From IMG/VR virus record IMGVR_UViG_3300030060_007423, positions 32,001 to 96,000 of that record: a stretch of 64,000 nt of DNA; one strand, given 5' to 3'. The notes under the pieces were generated by a model, which was given only the letters and a program-made list of their open reading frames with translations, was not told the DNA's origin and ran no database searches. The DNA comes from a virus. Positions within the stretch are counted from its first letter, which is position 1; every line of letters begins with the position of its first letter. Shown here in pieces: positions 7,764 to 16,608 of the stretch. The position numbers and the translations under genes were made by a program.

Positions 7764-10703
7764 ATGTCATGGAGAGGAATATTTTTAGACCCAATAGATC
7801 CTAATATACAGGAAAGATTAAACGCTAGGCAATATCAACTATCAAAGGGTTCACATGCATCATTTGGAGAATCAAAGGATGGAGATTCATTACAAGTTAG
7901 TGGTGATACTTTTTTCAATAAACCAGGAGGAGCTTTACATGCAGGTTTAACAGAACCAATTGGTAAAACTGCATGGGTAAAAATGTTATCAAATGCAGTC
8001 ATATCAGATGATGTGTTATACAATGGCCAAAAGCATGCAGCTGATAGTGATTTTGTCAAAAATATGAGACTTAACTTTCAACTATATGGTGGACAGATTG
8101 ATGCAACTGCAAAGGGTAATACTCCACAGCAATTCAAAATGACTTCACCAAGTAAATTATGGTATAGGCCTGGACCACAATTTAGAAACACACCAGCACC
8201 TGGTATAACTAGAGTATCAATTGACCAGTCAGGTATGATGGGTTCTATACGAAAGGCAAAAATTGATTTTACAGTATTTACTGAAAATGATTTGCATCTC
8301 TATCAAATGTTATATATGACACCTGGAATTAGTGTTGTATTAGAATGGGGATGGTCACACTATAAGGGAACATTTTTACCTGAATGTGAAAGTCAAGATG
8401 AATATGTTACTGCAATTCGTGATAGAAGTTTAGGTAGTGGTGAAAGTACAGACCCAGAGCAAGCAGGTTTATATGATGGAATGCTTGGTGTAATTAGTAA
8501 TTTTCAATACACAGTTAGACAAGATTCTGGTTATGATTGCCAAGTGGATTTAATGAGTCCTAATTCATTTGTTGTAGATGCACCACTAAAAAAGAATAAT
8601 TTAGGTTTTACAATTACGCCAAAAAATGGAGATGAAGGAAGTGCTGAACCATTATCTGATATTAAAGCTATACGTGCATACTTAGAAGGTGAAAGTCTAA
8701 CTGATGATGGTGAAATTGGAAATCCTGCTATACAGGGTAATGCATTAAAGAAAGGATTAAGTGATAGTTCAACTAGAGCATGGATGAAAAAAAATCTAAA
8801 TTTAGGTGAAAGGGAAACTTGGTTAAAGTATAACATTAAAGGAAAATCAAAAGATGTCATTAATTGTAAAGTTTGTTTTGCAGCAGAGGACGAACCAGGT
8901 GTATATTCAATACCCCAAATTAAGTTAAGAAAAGACCAACCTAATAAGTTTGGTGGTAAAATTGGAGAATACTTTGCATGTTATAATACAAAGTCAACAA
9001 AAGACCCACATATTTATTCATTTCAAACAATGATTGGTAAAGAACTTGACATGAAAGCTACATATGTAAGCTGGAGATTTATTGAAGATGTTTTATGTAG
9101 AGTGTTAGCATGGGAAATGAATGATTTACAAGATGGTGGTAATGCTGACAACTTTTTTGTACTTAGTGCAACACAAAGATATAAACGTGCAGCCTCTGGA
9201 AAGAGTAAAGATACTGGTGAAACTATGACTGTTGATGCAAAGTATGGTCAATGGATACCAAATATGTTTACTTGGAGAGTAGGTAAAGACATTAAAGAAA
9301 CTACAACATATGATGATGAAACTGGTGAACCTATTACACCAGAAGATAAAGCTGACCCATTAGAACCAATGAGTTCTGACCCAACATTATGTATCTGGCC
9401 AGGACAGTATGAAAATTGGGCTGCATACAAACCATTTCTTGAAAAATACCACACTGCTAAAATGGAAGCTTCAGAAGAGGCTAAAGATAAGCAGCCAACA
9501 TTTGATGATGCATACCGAAAGAGATTATTATTTGTACCTGGACAGTTAAAGAATACAAGTAATGCACTTTGGCAATCAAGTAAAAAAATAAATGTATCTA
9601 TTCACAAAGCAGGAAATGCTAAAATTAAAGGGTTAGGTAAGATTTATGGTAAAAAGGCAACAATGGTTCCATTAAGAAATATTTATGTAAATTTTGATTT
9701 AGTAGAAGATGTATTAAGAACACTTACAAGTGAACCAAATAGAAACAACATTAAAGATTTTCTATTGACACTCTGTGAAAATGTAAATAGTTGTTTTGGC
9801 AATCAGTGGGACCCAGTTATTGTTGACAATCCAAACACTCCAGGTATTGAAATTCGAGATATGAATGTTCAAAACTCTCTTGCACTATCAAGTTGGATGT
9901 CAAACTCAGATAATAAGTGGGAAACAGTTTCTGCCGATGCAAATAAACCTGCAGCCTTTGATGAAAATGCTGAGGAACAGATGTTGGCTAATGAATATGG
10001 TAGAAAAAATATTGATACTTCTGGTACGCATTTACAATTTGCATATGATTTTGGTGCACTAACAAAATATTCACTTGTTAGAAATGTTACTATGACATCA
10101 AAAATACCAAGTGGTTTACAAGCAATGATGTTTATTGGTGCAACATCAGCACTTAAAGATGATGACGATGCTGGTGGTCAAAGTTCAGGTGCAGAGTTTG
10201 CTGTTCAGTCTGCAAGAATACAAGATAGACTATATGCATCTGAAACTGCAAGGAGAGATGATAAAGATGAACCAACAATGACTGCTGATGAAACATGGAT
10301 GATTTCAATGTGGAATGCTTATGGTGAATATACAACTAATGCATTTGAAATGGCAAAAGATGGTTTAGATAATGTTGTTGAAAAAACAGAAAAAAAATTA
10401 ATTACTGGTGGTTATGTACAAGCAGCACGGATGATAGAGATAAGTGCAACAGGTGATGATTCAGCAGGTGCAACTGAAGAAGATGACTATTCTCCACTAC
10501 TTCCATTTAATGTTGGATTTACTACAGACGGTATTGCTGGAATATACATGGGTAATGCATTTGCACTTCCAGATGTTTTACCTAGAAGACATGCAAGGGC
10601 TGCATTGTTTATGGTTACAAAGGTTGGCCATACAATACAAGGTGGTGATTGGGAAACAACAATTGATGGCATGATGCGATTGTCAAAACAGGCTGGAAAA
10701 TAA
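7764..10703 (+). CDS. Baseplate hub-like structural protein (gp27/late-control-D-like)
   Basis: 979 aa; PGIT.V, YMTPGISVVLEWGWS, C-terminal DGIAGIYMGNAF...FMVTKVGHTI...WETTIDG; follows the LysM gene. Confidence 0.6.
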   Translation: MSWRGIFLDPIDPNIQERLNARQYQLSKGSHASFGESKDGDSLQVSGDTFFNKPGGALHAGLTEPIGKTAWVKMLSNAVISDDVLYNGQKHAADSDFVKNMRLNFQLYGGQIDATAKGNTPQQFKMTSPSKLWYRPGPQFRNTPAPGITRVSIDQSGMMGSIRKAKIDFTVFTENDLHLYQMLYMTPGISVVLEWGWSHYKGTFLPECESQDEYVTAIRDRSLGSGESTDPEQAGLYDGMLGVISNFQYTVRQDSGYDCQVDLMSPNSFVVDAPLKKNNLGFTITPKNGDEGSAEPLSDIKAIRAYLEGESLTDDGEIGNPAIQGNALKKGLSDSSTRAWMKKNLNLGERETWLKYNIKGKSKDVINCKVCFAAEDEPGVYSIPQIKLRKDQPNKFGGKIGEYFACYNTKSTKDPHIYSFQTMIGKELDMKATYVSWRFIEDVLCRVLAWEMNDLQDGGNADNFFVLSATQRYKRAASGKSKDTGETMTVDAKYGQWIPNMFTWRVGKDIKETTTYDDETGEPITPEDKADPLEPMSSDPTLCIWPGQYENWAAYKPFLEKYHTAKMEASEEAKDKQPTFDDAYRKRLLFVPGQLKNTSNALWQSSKKINVSIHKAGNAKIKGLGKIYGKKATMVPLRNIYVNFDLVEDVLRTLTSEPNRNNIKDFLLTLCENVNSCFGNQWDPVIVDNPNTPGIEIRDMNVQNSLALSSWMSNSDNKWETVSADANKPAAFDENAEEQMLANEYGRKNIDTSGTHLQFAYDFGALTKYSLVRNVTMTSKIPSGLQAMMFIGATSALKDDDDAGGQSSGAEFAVQSARIQDRLYASETARRDDKDEPTMTADETWMISMWNAYGEYTTNAFEMAKDGLDNVVEKTEKKLITGGYVQAARMIEISATGDDSAGATEEDDYSPLLPFNVGFTTDGIAGIYMGNAFALPDVLPRRHARAALFMVTKVGHTIQGGDWETTIDGMMRLSKQAGK

Positions 10704-10705
10704 TT

Positions 10706-11269
10706 ATGAGTGATGGTATACAAAAAGCATTATATACTGCAGGTGGTGAATATATACTAAATGGTAAGGACTATATTGGTTATTATCATGTACACCCTGA
10801 TTTAGGTGCAATGGTTGGAAAGATTCATACTCCAAAAATACCACATGAAAGATTAATTGGAATTGATGAAAACCCAATTTTATCAGGATATAGGTCTGCA
10901 TATGTTGATGGTGAAGCTCTTGAAACGGCACAAACAACAAAGCTACCATTTACATATATTCCTAGACCTTCTACAGAAGATTATAAAAATGGTTATATAA
11001 CTCGATATTTTATTTCAAAGAGAAATGATTGGAATCAAATATTTGAAACATCAGAAAAAGAATTTCCAAAAAAATTAGCAGGTCTTTCAGATGGCCTTTG
11101 GGAAGATCTTGAATTAGATTGGCATATAACAGATAATTTAGAACAAGAGAGTTCAATACAATATAATATAAGTACTGAATTTAAGAATGATCAAATTGTT
11201 AAAGAAGCTAGTAAAATAATACCAACAGTTCAAAATTACTTAAAAGATTTAACACAGTTCAGTACTTAA
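10706..11269 (+). CDS. Hypothetical protein, probably baseplate-associated
   Basis: 187 aa; LYTAGGEY...YIGYYH and DYKNGYITRYF motifs; last gene of the structural operon. Confidence 0.6.
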   Translation: MSDGIQKALYTAGGEYILNGKDYIGYYHVHPDLGAMVGKIHTPKIPHERLIGIDENPILSGYRSAYVDGEALETAQTTKLPFTYIPRPSTEDYKNGYITRYFISKRNDWNQIFETSEKEFPKKLAGLSDGLWEDLELDWHITDNLEQESSIQYNISTEFKNDQIVKEASKIIPTVQNYLKDLTQFST

Positions 11270-11303
11270 TAATTTTTTATTGTCAATTATTTTAGTTATA
11301 TTA
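11268..11303 (+). promoter_or_regulatory. Class-1 promoter motif (TTTTTTATTGTCAA...GTTATATTA)
   Basis: One of about 11 intergenic copies; directly upstream of the polA-like gene. Confidence 0.75.
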
Positions 11304-11317
11304 AAACAAAATTAGTT

Positions 11318-12658
11318 ATGATTATAGAAACTCAACAGAATTTCTCACACATTTGTGAAAAGATACAGAATAATGATAGTATTGTTATTCCTGTACTATC
11401 TGACATAACAAAGCATTCATTAAACAATAGGGTTCACTTAGTTTATATACATACGCTAATTGATAGTAAAGATTATATAATACCTTTTACTGGTGAAGAT
11501 TCCCTTTTGAATTTTGATATAGATTTATTTGATTTATCTGGTGATGCAAAAACCTATGTTTTTGATAGTAAAATCATCTATAATCTATTTCAGTGCAAAA
11601 ACATAAAGGATGTTAACTTGATTAATTATTTTGTTAATAACTCTTCATTAGATGTGTCCAAATGCGTTACTAGTGCGCATATTTACTATCAAAGTAAGTA
11701 CTGGAAGTATAGAAATATTAATGAGTATATTCCTATATTAAAGCATTATGAAATGTGTAAAAACATAAAGGACTTAATGTTACCATTTATTAAAAATGAT
11801 GATAGTTTACAATATACTGAGTATACAAATTTAATACAAAATTTTTCAGCAATAGAAAAAAATGGATTACATATAGATTCAACTAGTTTTGAAAAAACAT
11901 TTAAGGGTGGCGATTCATATAATGTTTGTAATGATAAAATATTTACCGAGTACAATATTTACACAACAACTGGTAGACCAAGTAATAGGCATGGTGGAAT
12001 AAACTTTGCTGCACTAAATAAAGATGATAATACAAGAAGTATTTTTACAAGTAGATATGAAAATGGAAAATTAATAGAGTTTGATTTTGATGCATATCAT
12101 CTAAGACTTATAGCAGATATAATTGGATATGAATTTCCAGATAGTTCTGTACACAAATATTTAGCTAGGCAATACTTTAAGAAAGACAATGTATCAGATG
12201 ATGAATATAAAAAGTCAAAAGAAATGTCATTTAGGGTATTATATGGTGGTGTACCTGATAACTTAAGTGGAATTGAATATTTTAATATGATAAGAAAATT
12301 CATAAACATTCTATGGGATGATTATAAAAGAAATGGTTATATTGAAACTCCAATATTCAATAGAAGATTATATTCAAATAACTATGAAGACATAAACAAG
12401 AATAAGTTGTTTAATTATTATGTACAAGCAGCTGAAACTGAAAATAATTCTAAGGTAATTACTAAACTGTTAGATTTGCAAAAATCAAATAATGTTAATT
12501 TAATTTTATCAACATATGATTCTTTTTTATTTGATTGTGAAAATATAGATGAAAAATTAATTAATGATATGAAACATTGTTTTAACCACCCAGTTAGTAT
12601 AAATTATGGTAAAACATACCAAGATATGAAAAACTTCACATCTGAGGTTATAAGTTGA
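11318..12658 (+). CDS. Divergent family-A DNA polymerase-like protein
   Basis: TTTGRPSN, motif A FDFDAYHLR, motif B KKSKEMSFRVLYGG, NYYVQAAE, motif C TYDSFLF. No 5'-3' exonuclease domain. Confidence 0.8.
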   Translation: MIIETQQNFSHICEKIQNNDSIVIPVLSDITKHSLNNRVHLVYIHTLIDSKDYIIPFTGEDSLLNFDIDLFDLSGDAKTYVFDSKIIYNLFQCKNIKDVNLINYFVNNSSLDVSKCVTSAHIYYQSKYWKYRNINEYIPILKHYEMCKNIKDLMLPFIKNDDSLQYTEYTNLIQNFSAIEKNGLHIDSTSFEKTFKGGDSYNVCNDKIFTEYNIYTTTGRPSNRHGGINFAALNKDDNTRSIFTSRYENGKLIEFDFDAYHLRLIADIIGYEFPDSSVHKYLARQYFKKDNVSDDEYKKSKEMSFRVLYGGVPDNLSGIEYFNMIRKFINILWDDYKRNGYIETPIFNRRLYSNNYEDINKNKLFNYYVQAAETENNSKVITKLLDLQKSNNVNLILSTYDSFLFDCENIDEKLINDMKHCFNHPVSINYGKTYQDMKNFTSEVIS

Positions 12659-12666
12659 TATTTATA
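12657..12666 (+). promoter_or_regulatory. Class-2 motif GATATTTATA
   Basis: Ends 17 bp upstream of the ATG at 12684. Confidence 0.55.
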
Positions 12667-12683
12667 TTGTAAAGGAATAGCTT

Positions 12684-14738
12684 ATGAACATAGATAGTAT
12701 AGTTAGAGACTGGGCTTATAAGGTAAATGACGGTTGCCCAGACCCAAAGAACAGAAATCATTTTCAAATATTGGAAGATGTATTAAAGTCTCAAGGATAT
12801 TCACCTGACTTTATTTCTAGCTATCTGTCAAATGTTGTAGACCCAAACAAACCAATTAAAGAATTTCAAAAACGCTGTGTAGATATTGGAAAAATTCTTG
12901 CAGAAGAAAGATTATTAACTGAAGCTTCTGTTTGGGACAAACCAGTTGGAACTGAATTAATATCTGTGACAAATACAGATTCACTATTTACAGCTGCAGG
13001 TGAAACTCCACCTAAAGGTCCATTTTTTGTTCAGTCAAAAACTAGTGATGCAAAAGAATTAAATATTGGTGGAGCAGCTGATTACACTGTTTATATTAAA
13101 GCAAGTGATAATGGAATAACATATGCAATTACTGGATCAAAATCTAAGCTTAAGAAAATGTTTGGAAATGTTGGAAAAGGTAAAAGCGGAGGTGATGTAA
13201 CTTGGAATGAAACCACTTTAGAATCTGCTGCATGTGCTGGTCTATATTTTGATGCAATAAAACACCACAATAAATTAACATCAGGTAATGCAACAGATGC
13301 AGACCAACAAGCTGCAATTTCTGCATTTGAAAGTTCATTAAGATCTGAATCTGCTGGTGCATCTGGGCTTAAGGGAAAACTTAACGCATTACCAGATTTA
13401 CTTGTTGCTTTAGAATTGGCTATTGGTGTACAAAAATTTGCAACTGCTCATGGTTGTACAGGTTGGAATTTTATTCACAAAAGTATAGGAAAGTATTACT
13501 CAGCTGGTGAACAAAATGATAATTTAGACAAAAAAGGTTTTAAGGACAATACTGCTGACACAATAATAACAAAATCGCCAGCAGCTACTCTTATTGCCAA
13601 TATTGCAAAAGATAAAGTTTCATTTGATAGTTCAGGTAAATGTACAACAGAATCAGGTGATGAGTTTTATCAGATAAGTAATAAAAAGTCAGATGGAGGT
13701 GCACAGTTAGGTAGAATAGTAAAGAGCTTTAGGGATATGTATGGTACAAAATCACCAAATGATACTTGGAGACTTCAACTGACAAAGGAATTTATAGAAT
13801 ATGGAAATAGTGAATTTTTACTAAATGAAGGTTTAAGTGACTATTTCAAACAAGGGCTAAAATATATTAAGGATAAATTCATTTCAGCATTTTCTAAAAT
13901 AAAGAGTAAAGTATCTTCATTTAGTAAAACAATGGTAAAGAGTTTATCAGTAAAGAAAACAAAACCATCATCAAGCCTAGATAAGTTTATGAGGTCAAGA
14001 TTTAAGACCGCATCAAAACAACTTAAAGAAGCAAAATCACAGCCTAAAAAATATAGTTATTCTGGGTATGCACAATTATGTGGTCAGTTGGCCATGCAAG
14101 GAAACATGACAGAATTAAAGAGCTTACATAGTAAAGCAACTGGTGAATGGTTAATATTAAAAAAATTATTGGATATTCCAAATGACGGAATAGATGGCAC
14201 AAAACAATCTGAAGGTCCAGTACTTACAAAACCAAAAAATGAAAATGATGGTGCAAAATATGCACTTAAACTAATGATAAATTTTATGGCATATGAACAT
14301 TTAACTGCCATGTTAAGAAGTAAAGGCGGAAACGTAAAAGAGGTTTCAACTGTTCTTAAAGAATTTGTTGAATTGGAAAAAGAAATGTATTTTGGTAGAA
14401 CAGAATTACCTTTATTCAAGGTATATGGCGTTCCACCTAGTGGCAAGGCATACCAATATCTAAAAAGTGGAAAAGAATTTAGGGAAGATAGGTTAAAGGC
14501 AATGGATATGCAAGATGCTGTAAAGGATGGAAAGTACATACCAGGTGTAGTTGTTGATTCAAAAGTTCAGAAAGGAAAAGGTCACACTTCTGTTAAAATG
14601 TGGATATTACATTCTATATCTGAAGGTGGCACACAATACACTCAAGTTGATTTACGTTCAGGAAGTGAAGACACATTATCATTCTCAGTATCAGGTGGAA
14701 GTATAAAACCAGGAAGATTGGTATTAGGGAAGATATGA
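12684..14738 (+). CDS. Hypothetical protein, possible internal head protein with a PD-(D/E)xK-like central domain
   Basis: 684 aa; LLTEA, LLNEG and LKEA motifs; TADTII...YQISNK motif. Confidence 0.5.
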   Translation: MNIDSIVRDWAYKVNDGCPDPKNRNHFQILEDVLKSQGYSPDFISSYLSNVVDPNKPIKEFQKRCVDIGKILAEERLLTEASVWDKPVGTELISVTNTDSLFTAAGETPPKGPFFVQSKTSDAKELNIGGAADYTVYIKASDNGITYAITGSKSKLKKMFGNVGKGKSGGDVTWNETTLESAACAGLYFDAIKHHNKLTSGNATDADQQAAISAFESSLRSESAGASGLKGKLNALPDLLVALELAIGVQKFATAHGCTGWNFIHKSIGKYYSAGEQNDNLDKKGFKDNTADTIITKSPAATLIANIAKDKVSFDSSGKCTTESGDEFYQISNKKSDGGAQLGRIVKSFRDMYGTKSPNDTWRLQLTKEFIEYGNSEFLLNEGLSDYFKQGLKYIKDKFISAFSKIKSKVSSFSKTMVKSLSVKKTKPSSSLDKFMRSRFKTASKQLKEAKSQPKKYSYSGYAQLCGQLAMQGNMTELKSLHSKATGEWLILKKLLDIPNDGIDGTKQSEGPVLTKPKNENDGAKYALKLMINFMAYEHLTAMLRSKGGNVKEVSTVLKEFVELEKEMYFGRTELPLFKVYGVPPSGKAYQYLKSGKEFREDRLKAMDMQDAVKDGKYIPGVVVDSKVQKGKGHTSVKMWILHSISEGGTQYTQVDLRSGSEDTLSFSVSGGSIKPGRLVLGKI

Positions 14739-15139
14739 TGAAAACACAATTATTATGCACATTTTCAGTAAGAAAGGGTTATCATAAAACAATTGATATA
14801 ATTGTTGATACATATGATGTACTATATAATAAAATATTTGTTTTAGAAAACGTTGGTGATGATAGGGAAGTAATGTGTACATATAATGTTGAACAAGGTG
14901 AAGATTCACAAATATTAGAAAATACAATATCATTACATAGAAAAAAACAAACAAATACACTATATACAATTAATGCACTAAATAGATTAATTCAGTCTGT
15001 TAATAATGGAGTGTTAGATACAACATATCAAGTAGAATGGGACAACTATAGAAACTCATTATTAACTACAGCTGATAATGAACTTAAAAGAATAGATACA
15101 AAAGTTCTTGATATTGTGCATATAAAAATTAAAAATTGA
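14735..15139 (+). CDS. Hypothetical phage protein
   Basis: 134 aa; ATGA overlap with the previous gene; LHRKKQTNTLYTINALN motif. Confidence 0.75.
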   Translation: MMKTQLLCTFSVRKGYHKTIDIIVDTYDVLYNKIFVLENVGDDREVMCTYNVEQGEDSQILENTISLHRKKQTNTLYTINALNRLIQSVNNGVLDTTYQVEWDNYRNSLLTTADNELKRIDTKVLDIVHIKIKN

Positions 15140-15149
15140 TATTTATAGT

Positions 15150-15186
15150 AAATAATTTTTTATTGTCAAATAAATTTAGTATATTA
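15150..15186 (+). promoter_or_regulatory. Class-1 promoter motif (28-bp direct repeat, copy A)
   Basis: AAATAATTTTTTATTGTCAAATAAATTT at 15150-15177, identical to 15563-15590. Confidence 0.8.
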
Positions 15187-15223
15187 CAAATTAATAATTA
15201 AAAACTACAAAACTAAAAAGTTT

Positions 15224-15568
15224 ATGGGTAAATTAACCTTAGCGGTCCTGCTATTCTTAATAGGACAATCAATAATCTGGTTTCAGACCAACGGCCAATT
15301 CCTTTGGAAATGGTTCGACAAAAATCCAATAATTTTATCAATAGGACTAGGAAGTATAATTTCTTATGTCTTTATTTTAGCAACAAAATATTCTTTTGAG
15401 TATTTTGATGGATTGTTATGGCCTGGTAGATTTTTAGGTTTTGCTTTGGGAATTAGTTCATATGCTTTATTGACTTGGTGGTTTATGGGTGAAGGTATTA
15501 CAGCTAAAACATTTGTATCACTAATATTGGCAGGATTAATTATAGGAGTGCAAATTTTTTGGAAATAA
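15224..15568 (+). CDS. Small four-helix membrane protein (SMR/DMT-like)
   Basis: 114 aa, four hydrophobic segments, FMGEGIT.K motif like SMR/EamA halves. Confidence 0.6.
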   Translation: MGKLTLAVLLFLIGQSIIWFQTNGQFLWKWFDKNPIILSIGLGSIISYVFILATKYSFEYFDGLLWPGRFLGFALGISSYALLTWWFMGEGITAKTFVSLILAGLIIGVQIFWK

Positions 15569-15599
15569 TTTTTTATTGTCAAATAAATTTGTTATATTA
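15563..15599 (+). promoter_or_regulatory. Class-1 promoter motif (28-bp direct repeat, copy B)
   Basis: Identical 28-mer followed by GTTATATTAG. Confidence 0.8.
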
Positions 15600-15628
15600 G
15601 TATTAACTAAAAAATAAAGGAGAAAAAC

Positions 15629-15802
15629 ATGGAACTTTTTGAAAAACTTCAAGACCTAGTAAATTCTACTCAAGCAGATATTGATAAATTCAATAGTGGA
15701 AACAAATCTGCAGGAACACGAGTTAGAAAAGCTATGCAAGAAGTTAAAAACATGGCACAAGATGTAAGAATTGAAGTGCAAAACATTAAAAATGATAAAT
15801 AA
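15629..15802 (+). CDS. Hc1-family (histone H1-like) small protein
   Basis: Own translation: MELFEKLQDLVNSTQADIDKFNSGNKSAGTRVRKAMQEVKNMAQDVRIEVQNIKNDK (57 aa). GNKSAGTRVRK is the Hc1 signature; AAGGAG SD. Below the ORF-track cut-off. Confidence 0.85.
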   Translation: MELFEKLQDLVNSTQADIDKFNSGNKSAGTRVRKAMQEVKNMAQDVRIEVQNIKNDK

Positions 15803-15821
15803 TAATTAAAAGGAGAAAAAG

Positions 15822-16598
15822 ATGGCACTAGATTTAGAAGCAATCAGACAGAAGTTAAACAAACTTCAAACACAGACGGGAAAACAAGACAATTTATGGA
15901 AACCCGAACCAGGAAAAAATCAAATTAGAATTGTACCTTATCAGCATAATAAAGACAATCCGTTTTTAGAAATGTATTTTCATTATGATTTAGGTAAAAA
16001 GAACTACTTATCACCTGTAACATTTGGTGAAGCTGACCCAGCAGTTGAATTTGCTGAAAAGTTAAAAGCTACAGGAAATAAGGACGATTGGCAAATGTCA
16101 AGAAAGTTAGAACCAAAAATGAGAACTTATGTTCCTATTCTTGTAAGAGGAAAGGAATCAGAAGGTGTTAAATATTGGGGATTTGGAAAAACAGTTTACC
16201 AAGAATTATTAAGTTTTATAGCTGACCCAGACTATGGTGATATTACGGACTTAAGTGGAGGTAGAGATGTTGTTGTTGAATACCATACACCTGAAGAAGC
16301 AGGTAATAGCTTTGGTAAAACTACTATTAGAGTTAAGCCAAACCAAACTGCTGCAACAGAAGATAAAAATGTTGCTGAAAAAATTCTAAATGGACAAAAA
16401 GATATTTTTGAAATCTTTAGAAAAGTTTCTTATGGTGACTTAAAGCAAGCTTTAGAAGAATGGTTAAACCCAGATGGTGATACAGGTGGAGCTCCACAAG
16501 TTGATACACCAGCACAATCTACTTCACAAAAGGTAGAGTCACAAGGTGTAAAATCATCTGATGATATTAACAAAGCGTTTGACGATTTATTTAGTTAG
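15822..16598 (+). CDS. Single-stranded DNA-binding protein (T4 gp32-like)
   Basis: LWKP...IRIVP...FHY...GVKYWGFGK...DPDYGDITD..GRD; acidic tail ending FDDLFS. Confidence 0.85.
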   Translation: MALDLEAIRQKLNKLQTQTGKQDNLWKPEPGKNQIRIVPYQHNKDNPFLEMYFHYDLGKKNYLSPVTFGEADPAVEFAEKLKATGNKDDWQMSRKLEPKMRTYVPILVRGKESEGVKYWGFGKTVYQELLSFIADPDYGDITDLSGGRDVVVEYHTPEEAGNSFGKTTIRVKPNQTAATEDKNVAEKILNGQKDIFEIFRKVSYGDLKQALEEWLNPDGDTGGAPQVDTPAQSTSQKVESQGVKSSDDINKAFDDLFS

Positions 16599-16608
16599 GA
16601 GATAGTAT

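Noticed and set aside
11631-11643. Additional TTGTTAATAAC match inside the polA-like gene
   Set aside because: Within coding sequence (F-V-N-N), only a partial match, and plausible by chance in AT-rich DNA.
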